This document shows positions 29,323 to 41,825 of a stretch of DNA of 64,000 nucleotides, piece by piece; position 1 is the first letter of the stretch, and every line of letters begins with the position of its first letter. A model generated the notes under the pieces. The model was given only the letters and a program-made list of their open reading frames with translations, searched no databases and was not told the DNA's origin. The position numbers and the translations under genes are program-made. The stretch is from Octopus sinensis (Eukaryota): NCBI RefSeq assembly GCF_006345805.1, contig NW_021837031.1:2219-66218 (forward strand), given 5' to 3'.

Positions 29323-29450
29323 AAGTTCAAATTTGCCTTCCATCCTGTCGGGGTCGATAAATTAAGTACCAGTTGCGTACTGGGAGCGACCTAATGACTG
29401 GACACCCACCCACCCAGAATATCGGGCCTTATGCCTAGAGTAGAAAAGAA
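29323..29450 (+). mobile_element. 5'-truncated SINE family A with ~20 bp TSD
   Basis: aataattgttaat(c/a)ttcata at 29302-29321 and 29449-29468. Confidence 0.8.
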
Positions 29451-30444
29451 TAATTGTTAATATTCATAAAGTAGAACCCTATATGACTGTCGTTATGATC
29501 TTTTCGGTTCAATTCCACTGCGTGGCACATTGGACAAGTGCCTTCCAGTTTAACCCCGGGCCGACCAATTTTGCGTATGTTAGTTGTATATGTGTATGTG
29601 TATGTGTATTATATGTGTGTGTATGTATTTGTGTTTGTTTCCCTCTACCCCGGCCACCTAATACTTGATAACCGGTGTTGGCCTTTTTGCATTCCTATAA
29701 CCAATTGGTTCGGCAGAAGAGGCAGATAGAACAACAATCAGACTCTACAAACGTAAGCAGGGGAGTGGATTTGTTCGACTAAAACGCTTCGCCTGCCGTA
29801 TTAACGTTTCCGCCAGCTCGCCACCTTCTCCAGCAGAAAATATTAATATAAAAACGTTGTTTAGGCATTCCAGTCCTGCTGAGTAATAGGCTACATATTC
29901 TTAAAATAGTAAAAATGAGTTATACTGTTTGATAAATATGAAAAATATATCATAGTATATTAAAGAACGTAGAAGGGCGGGTGTGAGCATTTTCATAATA
30001 AATAAATAATATTTCATATTTTATAATTAGTATGAATCAATATTTGGTAACTAAGGATTGACTCTGAGCTCTATAAATAATCTGCGTAGGCACACACACA
30101 CAGACAAATAATTATAGACAGGTCGGCATACACACACGCGTGCATATAAGTATATATCATTTCATACATAAACTACCATTCTATGCATTTTATAATTTTG
30201 CTAATCCTCTTCGGATCCGGCCATAAAGAGTAATGTACATTCATTGAACTGGGGATCAGTAAATTTGACTAGCAAAAATTTCTGTATTTCACAATATCAA
30301 TCTATACGCACTGAGACGCGTGTACTGCGGTGATGAATTTGACCACATCGCACGAGGAGTTTAGGCGGGCATTTTAAACTGGTCGGGTGCATACGTGCAT
30401 ATATATGTATGTATACGTTCGTATATGTAAGTATTCGTATGTTG

Positions 30445-30480
<36 letters not shown>

Positions 30481-30481
30481 A

Positions 30482-30513
<32 letters not shown>

Positions 30514-30532
30514 TTGTATTTATGTACTGTGT

Positions 30533-30594
30533 ATATTCCACTGAAGAGGCAAAGCATTTCTTATGCAGATCCAGAAATCCGGGATCTGGAATAT
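30533..30594 (+). ncRNA. Type I hammerhead ribozyme-like motif
   Basis: Stem I atattcca/tggaatat (8 bp), core CTGAAGA, stem II gg..gcat-ttctt-atgc..cc, extra A then GAAA, stem III a-tcc-g-gga-t, cleavage triplet ATC (C30586). Confidence 0.65.
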
Positions 30595-30730
30595 CCAGTA
30601 ATTTTTTACTGAATTATTCTCTCTCTCCTGGTGCTGTATGAACTTTTAATGTGGTTTTAGAGTCAAGTTTTGGCTACTATTTCAAGCGTGGTGGTATGTC
30701 TTAGATACCCTAAATTATAATTTTTATTAT

Positions 30731-30773
<43 letters not shown>

Positions 30774-31363
30774 GCATGTATGTATGTATGTATGTATGTA
30801 TGTATGTATGTGTATGTATGTATGTGTGTGTGCATTTGTGTATGCGTGTTTGTGTTTGTGTGTGTGTACATAGTAACATACATACGTACACACATCAGTA
30901 TATGGAAAGATATTGCCTGTAAAGAATTTCCCACACTTAAGCTTCTTAGTTGAGTTGCCAATCTGTCAGATATTAATGGTTGAATATCTTTGGATATTTT
31001 GCTTCACTAAACCACACAGTCCTGTATATTTCCATAGATTACTATTCTGCATATTTTTATCGTTTCCTCTGTTTTACGAGAAATGTGCTTGTCAAACTTG
31101 TAACATTTCATGTCTTGAGATTATCGGAGCTGCAAAGATGCGTGGTTAAGACATTTGTTAGGAACATTTAAGGTACCGGTTGTGATCCCACGACGAAATA
31201 TTTTTGTAGATATATGTTCTGCCTTCCAGAACATCGGGTCAAACAATACATTACGTGTGCAATTTGGAAAAAAAATTCTAAGACATTTGAAGCAACTCTG
31301 CATATCCATCTATCTACCTATCACGTCTCTCTCTCTACACACATACTCACTCATATATCTGTA

Positions 31364-32340
31364 AAATAATATGTGACAATTATTCAGTAGCCAAGATAAA
31401 ACTCTGAGTTTTCGATGCCGAGGTGGAAATCCACACCACCATCTCTTCGATTATCTGGTAATCTGAAAAACGCTATGAAAAAAGACCATTATACAAAGGG
31501 AAATTACTATGTTATAGACCACTAATTAAGATAAAGTTAAAAGTTCATAGTAAACTCGTAAGCGTGCCTATTCATACGTACACATGCGCGCTCGCGCACC
31601 CACGTGCGTACGCATACATCACTATGAAAACGTACACACCTTCACTCACATTTTCGCCAAATGTATATGCATATATATACAAACGCATACACACACGCGC
31701 GCACCGTAAAAGTTAATATATACGTCTACATACGCACAAGCACAAGAAAAAACAGGGTTAAGGGTAACAATACAGAAAAAAGGCATAAGGAAGTATACAA
31801 AGAGTAAACCACGTTCATATACGGACATACCATTATGCACGCACACACACACGCCCATATATGCACATACCCGCACACGTCTATGTACGCATACAGACAC
31901 ACTCACGCACAAAAAGGATTAATACATACGCCCCACCCAAAAAAAATTGTATAGGGTATGTCCGTATATGAACGTGGTTTACACTTTGTATAATTCTTAA
32001 TGCCTTTTTTCTGTATTGTTACCCTTAACCCTGATTTTTCTTGTGCTTGTGCGCATGTAGACGTATGTATGAACGTTCATACATGTGTACGTATAAACAG
32101 GCACGCTTACGTGTTTACTATGAACTTTTAACATTATCTTATTCAGCGGTCATTCGAATTAGCGCTTTGTATAAGTAGCGGTCTATAACACAGTACTTTC
32201 CCTTTGTATAACGGTCTTTTTTCATAGCGTTTTTCAGATTGCCAGATAACCGAAGAGATGGTGGTGTGGATTTCCACCTCGGCATCCGGAACTCAGAGTT
32301 TTATCTTGGCCACTGAATAATTGTCACATTATTTTATAGA
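31364..32340. repeat. Long inverted repeat (fold-back) of two copies of one interspersed element, ~125 bp spacer
   Basis: 31364-31830 is the reverse complement (with indels) of 31955-32340, e.g. gatgccgaggtggaaatccacaccaccatctcttcg vs cgaagagatggtggtgtggatttccacctcggcatc. Confidence 0.9.
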
Positions 32341-32439
32341 TAAATTCCTCTATTTACATAATATTGAGGTCTCTTTCTTTCTTTTGTTATCTCACCGTTT
32401 TTACCAATATAAATATAATATATATATATATACGTATAT

Positions 32440-33076
32440 ATCACCTTGATCACCCTGACCGACCAGTCCGTCAGGCGTCCATTTGGCACCGCTGGTCACA
32501 GCACGCTGTCCACTCCCCTCTGGATCGCGCCTTTCTTATCCACATGATCCCAATCGTCCTCCTGAAATCGTAACTCCACCGTCGTGAAGGTCTTCCAGGT
32601 GGTCTTTTCCGCTCGCGCGGGTACCACTCGACACCTGCGTGAGTCCATCGATTATCGGTGAGCCGGGCAACGTGTCCATCCCATCTATACTTGCTGCGTG
32701 TATACTCTGCGATGACATCTCTCACGCCGGACTTCTTTCTGATGATCTCGCTACTGATGTGCACTCTAAACGAGATACCAAGCATTGACCTTTCCATGGC
32801 TCTTTGAGCCGTTACCAGTCTCTGCTCTTCTCTCTTTGTGGTAGCCCATGTTTCACTACCATATAACATTGCAGGTAGAACTGCACTGTTAATGAGGTTG
32901 GCGCGGGTGGCCCTGTCCAACCTTCCCTTCAGCACATTCCTTATGCCATTAAACGCCTTCCATCCGGCTCTTACTCTCCGTGAGATCTCCTTTTCGATAT
33001 CTCGGCACATATTCACTTCCTGTCCCAGGTAGACATATTCCTTTACCTCCTCTATTTCATCACTGCCGATCACCAC
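32440..33076 (-). mobile_element. RTE-clade non-LTR retrotransposon, 5'-truncated 3' fragment
   Basis: 201-codon open frame with IEEVKEYVYLGQ, EISRRVRAGWKAF, VLPAMLYGSETW, RWDGHVAR and KRPPGRPSRRW, the typical post-RT C-terminus of RTE LINEs; followed by a short 3' UTR and (TA)n tail. Confidence 0.95.
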
Positions 33077-33254
33077 ATCATGTATTCATATATGACATGG
33101 TTTTAGAGTCTGGTTTTAACTTCTATTTCAAGCATGGTGGTATCTCTTAGACACCCTTAATTATAATTCTAATAAAAATTGTTACCTATAAGGTTTTTCT
33201 TCCCATGCTGGGCATACGATCATTATTTTAAATAACGGTCTTATCATTATTAAT

Positions 33255-33409
33255 AGGATTGGCTGTGTGCTAATTACCTTGCTTATCAACCACATGCATC
33301 CGGGTTCAGTCCCACTGCGTGGCACCTTGGGCAAGTGTTTTCTGTTATAGTCTAAGGCCGAACGAATCATTGTGAGTGGATTTAGTGGACAGAAACTGAA
33401 AGAACCCCG

Positions 33410-33488
<79 letters not shown>

Positions 33489-33610
33489 GTTTGTGTGTGT
33501 GTGTGTACGTTTGTGTGCCTGTGTTTGGTCCCTCCGGCATCGCTTGACAACCAATGCTGGTATGTTTACGTGTCCGTAACTTAGCGGTTCGGCAACACAG
33601 ACCGATAGAA
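33255..33610 (+). mobile_element. SINE family B, 3'-incomplete
   Basis: ggctgtgtg..cgggttcagtcccactgcgtggcaccttgggcaagtg..taacttagcggttcggc. Confidence 0.88.
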
Positions 33611-34543
33611 AATGTGTGTGTGTGTATGTGTGTGTCTGAGTGTGCTTGGGAATGTTTGTGTACAATACACTTTATGTGTGTATGCGAATGTGTGGATCCA
33701 GATATAAGGAGCGTGCGTATGCCTTTGGTTGTCCATTTGTGTTTATCACTATTTTGGATATGAGAACGTCTATAATTCACGTGCATATGTTCACATGAAA
33801 CTATATGCGGGGACACACACACACACGCACACACATAGACACTCACACATACACAGACACTCACACATACACAAACACACACACACACACGTGCAAATAC
33901 GCTACGGCACACACATATATGAAATCCATTTCTCACAATCAGCTAGTCATATCAGCAATAAAGTATATCTTTACAATTTTGAAACAAGCCAGTCAGATTG
34001 TAATAAATTCTGCACGCTATCCTTTCGCATTTCTATAGAACATAGATTTCCTTTTATTCGTTTATTCTTTTATTCTGTCCACTTTTCTTGAATTCGTTCT
34101 ACGTTCTACTAGCAATGTCCTGAATGAACTAAGGAATACTCAAATGTTGTAAAACGCCTGACAAGACAGACTAAAACTGTTGCCTAGCAACGTCCTATCA
34201 TCGTTTGTAGTTTCAAATACGACCGACTTGGCCACGTTTGCATGCCTTCCTTTCACGACTGTGCTTTTGCAGCTAAGGTTGGTTATGAAGGAGCAAACCT
34301 GGGTTGTGGATGTAGTTAATGGGAGAAGGCGAAGCGATCTGCAGCTCCTTATATCTGGATACATGGTAGACATGTTCCTTGTGTAGTTTCTAAGTAGTGC
34401 ACTGCATAATTATATGGATATAGAGCAGCAGTTTGATCACGTAGTACATATTGTCACATATAATTCTATATATTTATATATATATATATCATATATATAT
34501 ACATGTGTGTGTATATGTATATATATATGTGCATATATATATG

Positions 34544-34929
34544 TGCAGGAGTGGCTGTGTGGTAAGTAGCTTGCTAACCAACCACATGGTTCCGGGTTCA
34601 GTCCCACTGCGTGGCATCTTGGGCAAGTGTCTTCTGCTATAGTCCCGGGCCGACCAATGCCTTGTGAGTGGATTTGGTAGACGGAAACTGAAAGAAGCCA
34701 GTCGTATATATGTATATGTGTGTGTGTGTGTTTGCGTGTCTGTGTTTGTCCCCCTAGCATTGCTTGACAGCCGATGCTGGTGTGTTTACGTCCCCGTCAG
34801 CAAAAGAGACCGATAGAATAAGTACTGGACTTACAAAGAATAAGTCCCGGGATCGATTTGCTCGATTAAAGGCGGTGCTCCAGCATGGCCGCAGTCAAAT
34901 GACTGAAACAAGTAAAAGAGTAAAAGAGT
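34544..34929 (+). mobile_element. SINE family B, full length
   Basis: Near-identical to the copy at 15535, with a small internal deletion. Confidence 0.95.
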
Positions 34930-34947
34930 ATATATATATGCACATGC

Positions 34948-35001
<54 letters not shown>

Positions 35002-36046
35002 CATAATACATTTACATGTGTGTGTGTTAATGTGTATGTGTGTGTATGAATGTGTGTATGTGAGTTTGAATATGTGTGTGCACGAACATGTGTGTTTGTG
35101 TGCGTGTGTGCGTGCGCGCGTGTTCGTGTGTAGATCTATCTCTGTGTCAATGTTAAAACTAAGACGATTAAAGCCAGAATTGTCTACTGACGTCCCATAC
35201 TTTAGTGATTCAGCAAAGAGACTTGGTAAAATAAGTTCACAGCGTGGAATCAGGTACCGGAGTCAACAGAACCAAGTTAACCTTTCATGATGGATATTTC
35301 TAACTCTGACTTAAGAGTTATTATTTTTATTATTATATTAATTTATTTTCTTTACTCCGTAACTAAATTCATTTTACCTATGAAAAAATATTTTTTCCCC
35401 AGTAGCTGACATAGCGAAAATAGCGTAACTTTGATAAGCCACAGAGAAATAAAATATATGAATATATAAATATATAAATAGATAAACAGACTAATAATTA
35501 CTACCGCAGCAGAACGTGTTCGTTTTCGATTCTATGGTATACTAGAGGGAACAAAAAATATCGAGAGATGTGAATCGTCTCTGCATGTGCAAGTTAATTA
35601 AAATTTAAATTGCATTTAAATAATTTCAAATAGTTCACAGGTGCAGTACCGCTTCAAGTCAATGAAACTTCTCTGTAGGTATCACAACATTTATAAATAA
35701 CTCGTAGAATGGAAACAAATATTCCAAGCAAGAAAACCAATAATAACCTAAACTTAGAGCTATCGTATATTTTTCCATTAGTAATCAATATGAATAGTTA
35801 GATTTGGTAGTTTCAATGTTTTCGCTTATTTCTTTATATACTAACGTTTTTTTTTTTTAGTATACCAAACAAATAATCAGTGCAATGCACTAACTTGCTA
35901 AGGACAGCTTGAAAGTAATGTTCAGGTGAATGGTTATGTTGAAGAATGGTAAGAATAATGAAAATTGTAGCGCAGCATCGTCTTTCAAGGAACGATACAG
36001 TTTTTCACTTTCAAATTGTAAATGCCGATAGATGGACTATAATTTT

Positions 36047-36500
36047 AATTCGAATTTTTAATTGAATTTAAAATTAATTGTAATTCGAATTGAATTATAG
36101 CCATGAAACGTACGTAGTGTTTTTACTTATTATATTAGTAAAATATTATTACTTATTATTACTTTTTTATACTTTTTGGTTAAAAAAAGTATAAAGTTTC
36201 AAGATTTCAAAATTTAAAAACTTAAAAATATAAAAATATAAAAATTTATATATTATGAATTTTAATAATTTAAATTCGAATTTTTAATTGAATTTAAACT
36301 TAATTGTAATTCGAATTGAATTATAGCCATGAAACGTACGCAGTGTTTTTACTTATTAAATTATATTTAACATCTTTATATATAGTGGTTAAAAAAGTAT
36401 AAAGTTTAAAGATTTAAAAATTAAAAAATTTAAAAATTAAAACATATAAGAATATAAAAAATTATAAATATAAATTTTAAAATTTCAAATTTTAATAATT
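36047..36500. repeat. Tandem duplication of an AT-rich ~226-bp unit
   Basis: aattcgaatttttaattgaatttaaa..aattcgaattgaattatagccatgaaacgtacg.agtgtttttacttatta occurs at ~36047 and ~36273. Confidence 0.85.
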
Positions 36501-36975
36501 TAAATTTAAATTTTTATATTTTATATATATATTTATATTATATTAATTATATTTATTTTTTTATGTTTTGGTTAATGTCTATCACTGTTTGAGTTGCCTA
36601 ATATTGGTTATATCTCTAATTTAATTGATATATATATCACATACAAGCCGAATGCCATCTTTGTGCGACAGCTCTGCTTGTGATTATCCAGTATACTTTT
36701 ATATTGGCTTCATTAATTTTCTGTTTGGAATTCGGCTGAGCTAGCTGCACCTGACGATCCGCAATACAGTGAAATCGCGTGAAACACTGCTGCCATCCGC
36801 CGGTGTGATGTCGAATTTTGTGGACCGATAACAAAATTTTATTGCTTCTTGGCATTTGTGATCTAGACAATGTAGTCTAGGACATTGGAGATGTCAAATA
36901 TGCTGGTTAATATTCATTCTAAAAGCAGCTTCAGTCCCAAATTGCCTACACTCTACTCTCTCTCTTCCTCCCCCA

Positions 36976-37051
<76 letters not shown>

Positions 37052-37099
37052 TATGTATATATGGATATATACACATACATTCATATACTCCTGTATTCC

Positions 37100-37449
37100 A
37101 TTACTTGTTTCAGGGATTTGACGGCGGCCATTCTGCGCATTACTTTGAAGGGTTTTAGCCGGAAAAATCGACTCCAGCCTAGTTGTTATTCTATCGGACA
37201 CTTTTGCCGAACCACTAAGTTACGGGGACATAAATACACCAACACCGGTTGTCAAGCGTTGATAGGGAGGTGGACAAACACAAACACAAAAACGCACACA
37301 TATTCTCTCAGGCTCCGTCAACCAAATCCATTCACAATGCATTGGTCCGCTCGAGGCAATTGTAGGAGACACCCTCCCAACATGGCATGCAGTGGGACGG
37401 AACCTGGAAGCATGTGGTTTGGAAGCAAGATTCTTACCACATAGCCACA

Positions 37450-37452
<3 letters not shown>
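37100..37452 (-). mobile_element. SINE family B, diverged
   Basis: ttttgccgaaccactaagttacgggga..gcagtgggacggaacc..cttaccacatagccac. Confidence 0.85.
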
Positions 37453-37543
<91 letters not shown>

Positions 37544-37641
37544 ACGTGATCACCACGAATTTTTAATGTTAGATTAAATGTTGTAAAATGCAGTGTTACA
37601 TTTGTTATTGGAATGAATTTTGTTTCTATATATAATATATA

Positions 37642-37693
<52 letters not shown>

Positions 37694-37699
37694 ATATAT

Positions 37700-37999
37700 A
37701 TCACCGTGACCGACCAGACTATCAGGTGTTGCTACACATCGCTGGTCCCAATACGCTTCGCATTGTTTTAGCCTTCAAATGACGCCACCCCGCTGACTGT
37801 GCGAGCAGGCCAACAGAAGAAAGAATGAGAGAAAATTGTGGCGAAAGAGTACAGCAGGGATCGCCACCACCCGCTGCCGGAGTCTCGTGGAGGTTTGGGT
37901 GTTTTCGCTCAATAAGCACTCACAACGCCCGGTCTGAGAATCGAAACCGTGATCCTACGACCGCGAGTCCGCTGTTCTAACCACTGGGCCATTGCGCTT

Positions 38000-38001
<2 letters not shown>
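37700..38001 (-). mobile_element. tRNA-headed SINE (group C) with RTE-derived 3' tail
   Basis: Reverse complement: gcgcaatggcccagtggttagaac..cggtttcgattctcagaccgggcgttg head; tail gaccagcgatg..cctgatagtctggtcggtcacggtgat. Confidence 0.9.
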
Positions 38002-38048
<47 letters not shown>

Positions 38049-38129
38049 CATATATATATATAATATATATATAATATATATATATATATTATATATATAT
38101 ATTATATATATATATATATATGTGTGTGT

Positions 38130-38378
38130 GCAGAATTTAAGCTCAGAACATAAAGACAGACGAAATACCTATTTCTTTACTACCCACAAGGGGTTAAACA
38201 CAGAGAGGACAAACAAGGACAGACAAACGGATTAAGTCGATTATATCGACCCAAGTGCGTAACTGGTACTTATTTAATCGACCCCGAAAGGATGAAAGGC
38301 ACAGTTGAACACGGCGGAATTTGAACTCAGAACGTAACGGCAGACGAAATACCGCTGGGCATTTCGCCCGGCGTGCTA
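38130..38378 (-). mobile_element. SINE family A, partial dimer
   Basis: Family A body plus the gacgaaatacctatttcttt junction. Confidence 0.88.
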
Positions 38379-38454
38379 TGCAAGATAAATATTTATAAGA
38401 TGGTGTAAGACTACAAAAGAATATATTAGACTTTACAAGACTTTAAAACACTTT

Positions 38455-38720
38455 ATATGAGGTATTGAAAGTGTCATCCTTCATGTTCAATATATAAGTT
38501 GACTGTTTTCCACATGTTTTGAAATACATCTTGGAGGGTCTAATGCTGTATGTAATGTGTGAAAGCCATGAATGCCTCTTTTAGCACATTAATGGTTTTC
38601 GGGCAATTCTTGTACACTGATTCTTTACTTGTACACTGATCCCCAGAAAAAAAGTCTGGTGGTGTTTAATCAGGTCATCTTGGTAGCCGGAGTCCATTCG
38701 AAATAATCCGTTCACCGAAA
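38455..38720 (-). mobile_element. Tc1/mariner-superfamily transposase C-terminal remnant
   Basis: Degenerate PR*PD..PPDFF..VYKNCPKTINVLKEAF..LQDVFQNM..HEG*HFQYLI*, resembling the WPPRSPDLTPxDFFLWG...GxHFEHLL terminus. Confidence 0.7.
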
Positions 38721-38747
38721 TTTTCACTGCGGTGAGACGTTATAACA

Positions 38748-38797
<50 letters not shown>

Positions 38798-38844
38798 GAC
38801 GGGCTTCTACCAGTTTCCATCTAGCAAATATATTCATAAAGCTT

Positions 38845-38929
<85 letters not shown>
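38845..38929. repeat. (GTA)n microsatellite
   Basis: Read directly from the sequence. Confidence 0.95.
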
Positions 38930-38984
38930 ATTTTGTTGTTGTGGTTGTTGTTGCTGTTGTTGTTTATGATTTGTGTTCGAGATC

Positions 38985-39570
38985 GGCAATTCTGAGACGA
39001 GGTGTAAGTCGATTACCTCGGCCCCAATGTTCCCCTGATACTTATTTTATCGCCTCCGAACGGAAGACGAAGAATGGGGAATGTAACTCAAGATTTGAAC
39101 TCAGAACGTAAAAAGCCGAGAGAAATGCCACAGAATACTTTTCCTACGGACTAACTATTCTACCTTCAGCTTCTGCTGAAATGCAGAAGGTCAGCAATTT
39201 TGATTACGGTATGAGTAGATGCCATCGACCCTTGTACAGAACTGGTACTTTATTTTATTGGCCAAGGAGAAATTTTAAGCGTACAGGATTTGAACTCAGA
39301 ACATAAAGAGGCAGGGAATGCTACTAAACATTTTTCCGACGCGTTACCATTTCTATCAGAATAATCCCTTCTACTGTAGGCACAAGGCCTGAAAATATGA
39401 GGAAGGGGTTAGTCGATTACATCGACCTCAGTGCGTAACTGGTACTTATTTCATCGATCCTGAAAGGATGAAAGGCAAAGTCGACCTCAGAATTCAGAAC
39501 GTAGCGGCAGCCGAAATATCACAAAGCATTTTGCGTGGCGTGCAATCGATTCTGCCAAGCTCGCCGCCTT
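38985..39570 (-). mobile_element. Cluster of three SINE family A copies (two old, one younger at 39362-39570)
   Basis: Repeated gatttgaactcagaac and tacttattttat motifs; 5' end gctcgccgcctt at ~39570. Confidence 0.8.
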
Positions 39571-39886
39571 GCTTCTGTCCGGATAATAGTTACAATAGAG
39601 CATAACCAGGGAGTTGAAGAGATTATGGGAAGCAAAGGTGACAAACATCAGATGATGGAAACCGGAAGTAATCGGAGCACTAGGCATGGTTTTAAAAGGT
39701 GTCTTCAATTTCCAGTGTTGAAATATCTGGAAAATCTTGCACTAACCTAAACAGCGCATAACTTGAGAAAAAATACCTATTGATATAACGTAGATATAAA
39801 TCTTAGCTCTTAGGTAGAGACCTGGCTACTAAGTAGACTGTCCAGAAATCAAGCTAAAATATAAGATATAGTAGTAATTTCCTGTA

Positions 39887-40205
39887 GAGGCGCAACGGCC
39901 CAGTGGTTAAGGTAGCGAACTCGTGGTCGGAGGATCGCGGTTTCAATTCCCAGACCGGGCGTTGTGTGTGGTTTTTGAGCGAAAACACCTAAAGCCCCAC
40001 GAGGCACCGGTAGGGGGTGGTGGAGACCCCTGTTGTACTCTTTCGCCCCAATTTTTTTCTCACTCCTTCTTCCTGTTTCTTGAGTAGCGCTGAGATGGAC
40101 TGACGCTCCGTCCGGCTGGGAGGAACACATTCGCCATAGAAACCGGGAAACCGGGTCCATGAGCCTGGCTAGGCTTGAAAAGATCGCATAAATAAATAAA
40201 ATAAA
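39887..40205 (+). mobile_element. tRNA-headed SINE (group C), full length
   Basis: gaggcgcaacggcccagtggttaagg..cggtttcaattcccagaccgggcg head; ccgggaaaccgggtccatgagcc 3' part; (AAAT)n tail. Confidence 0.9.
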
Positions 40206-40299
40206 ATAATCTTCCGCTGCGACTTTTCGACTTGCAAATGTTTTGACGTCAGAATGATTCATTTCCTCATTTTCTTAAGCCTCCTTCCTTTCCTTAAAG

Positions 40300-40510
40300 A
40301 CATCGTCATCACCTTCACCATCACCACGAACATCATCATCACCAACATAATCAAGACAATGATCATCATCATCATCCTCAACATCATCACAATCATCAAC
40401 GTCGTCGTCGTCCTCATCATAATAGCCATCGCTGATATCGCCATCGCCATCACCGTCATCGCCAAGACCATCACCATTATAATCATCATCGTAGTCATCG
40501 TGACAACGAT
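40300..40510. repeat. Degenerate (ATC/GTC)n trinucleotide tract
   Basis: Read directly; gives the poly-I/M/D ORFs in the track. Confidence 0.9.
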
Positions 40511-40668
40511 TATGTCTGCGCACACTCGTTAGTCGCTAATGTCTATAGTCGCTCTCACAATGGTTGTAATTCTTCCTCCATCTGATGACGCCAATCACCA
40601 TTTAGTCTATTATTAGTCTATTAGATTATTAGATTATTAGATTTTTGGTCATCATTTGAAATTCGATC

Positions 40669-40758
<90 letters not shown>

Positions 40759-40880
40759 GTGTGTGTACATATATATATATGTACATATATATATATATGT
40801 GTGTGTGTGTGTGGTGTGTGTGTATCTACGTATAAAGATATGTGTGTATACATGTAAATGTATATATGTGGATTTATATT

Positions 40881-40913
<33 letters not shown>

Positions 40914-41063
40914 TATATATATATATATATCTATATATATATATATATATTATATATATATATGTATGTATGTATATATGTATGTAAGTATGTAGGTATG
41001 TATGCACGCATATAGATATGTATATATACATACATATATATATATATATACATATAAATGTAA

Positions 41064-41107
<44 letters not shown>

Positions 41108-41149
41108 TATATTATAAATGTAAATATGTATGTGTCTATATAGTACATA

Positions 41150-41183
<34 letters not shown>

Positions 41184-41825
41184 ATATATGTATGTAATCC
41201 AAATGTTAGGTTAGCTTCCGGTGAAATATCATTACGGTTCCGTCCTGGTTCTCCTGCTCAGATGATATGTCTATAGATTTCGTGATTGTAATATCAATAA
41301 CTACTTTCTTATTGTTGAACTTCATTGATTCGATATTGCTATTCTAAGACAGACGATGAAATCTGGGGATAATAATTTTAATATTTCTATAGTAGCACTT
41401 GTATAGATTCCTTTCTTTAATTCGTAATTCTTTCTTTTTTTCTGTTGGCGGTGGAGAGGGAAGGAAAATATTCTTACGTGGGTTGACACTAAGATCCGTG
41501 TAAGCGAAAATCTTATATTTACGGTGTAGCGAGTATTTTGATCTTTGCATAGTATGTCTTCGTTATAATTTCGAAATAGTGGTTTGAATGTTCTTTGTAG
41601 TTCTTGTACTTAGTGGCTGTTGAACCGTTGTATAGTTCTGCGAAGAAGAGAACTTGAGCAGAAAATGAAAGAAAACTGGACATCCGATCGATATATACAC
41701 AGATATCTCAAAACTCAACAGACACAATAATTTTTTAAAGAATTTTGTCTAGAAACAAGATGATGTGTTTTAATGTTTATAAATACTTAATCTAGTGCTT
41801 AGTAGAACTGCCTTGTGTATAATAT

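Noticed and set aside
40254-40532. Acidic or hydrophobic repeat protein ORFs
   Set aside because: A degenerate ATC trinucleotide repeat that is open in several frames on both strands.
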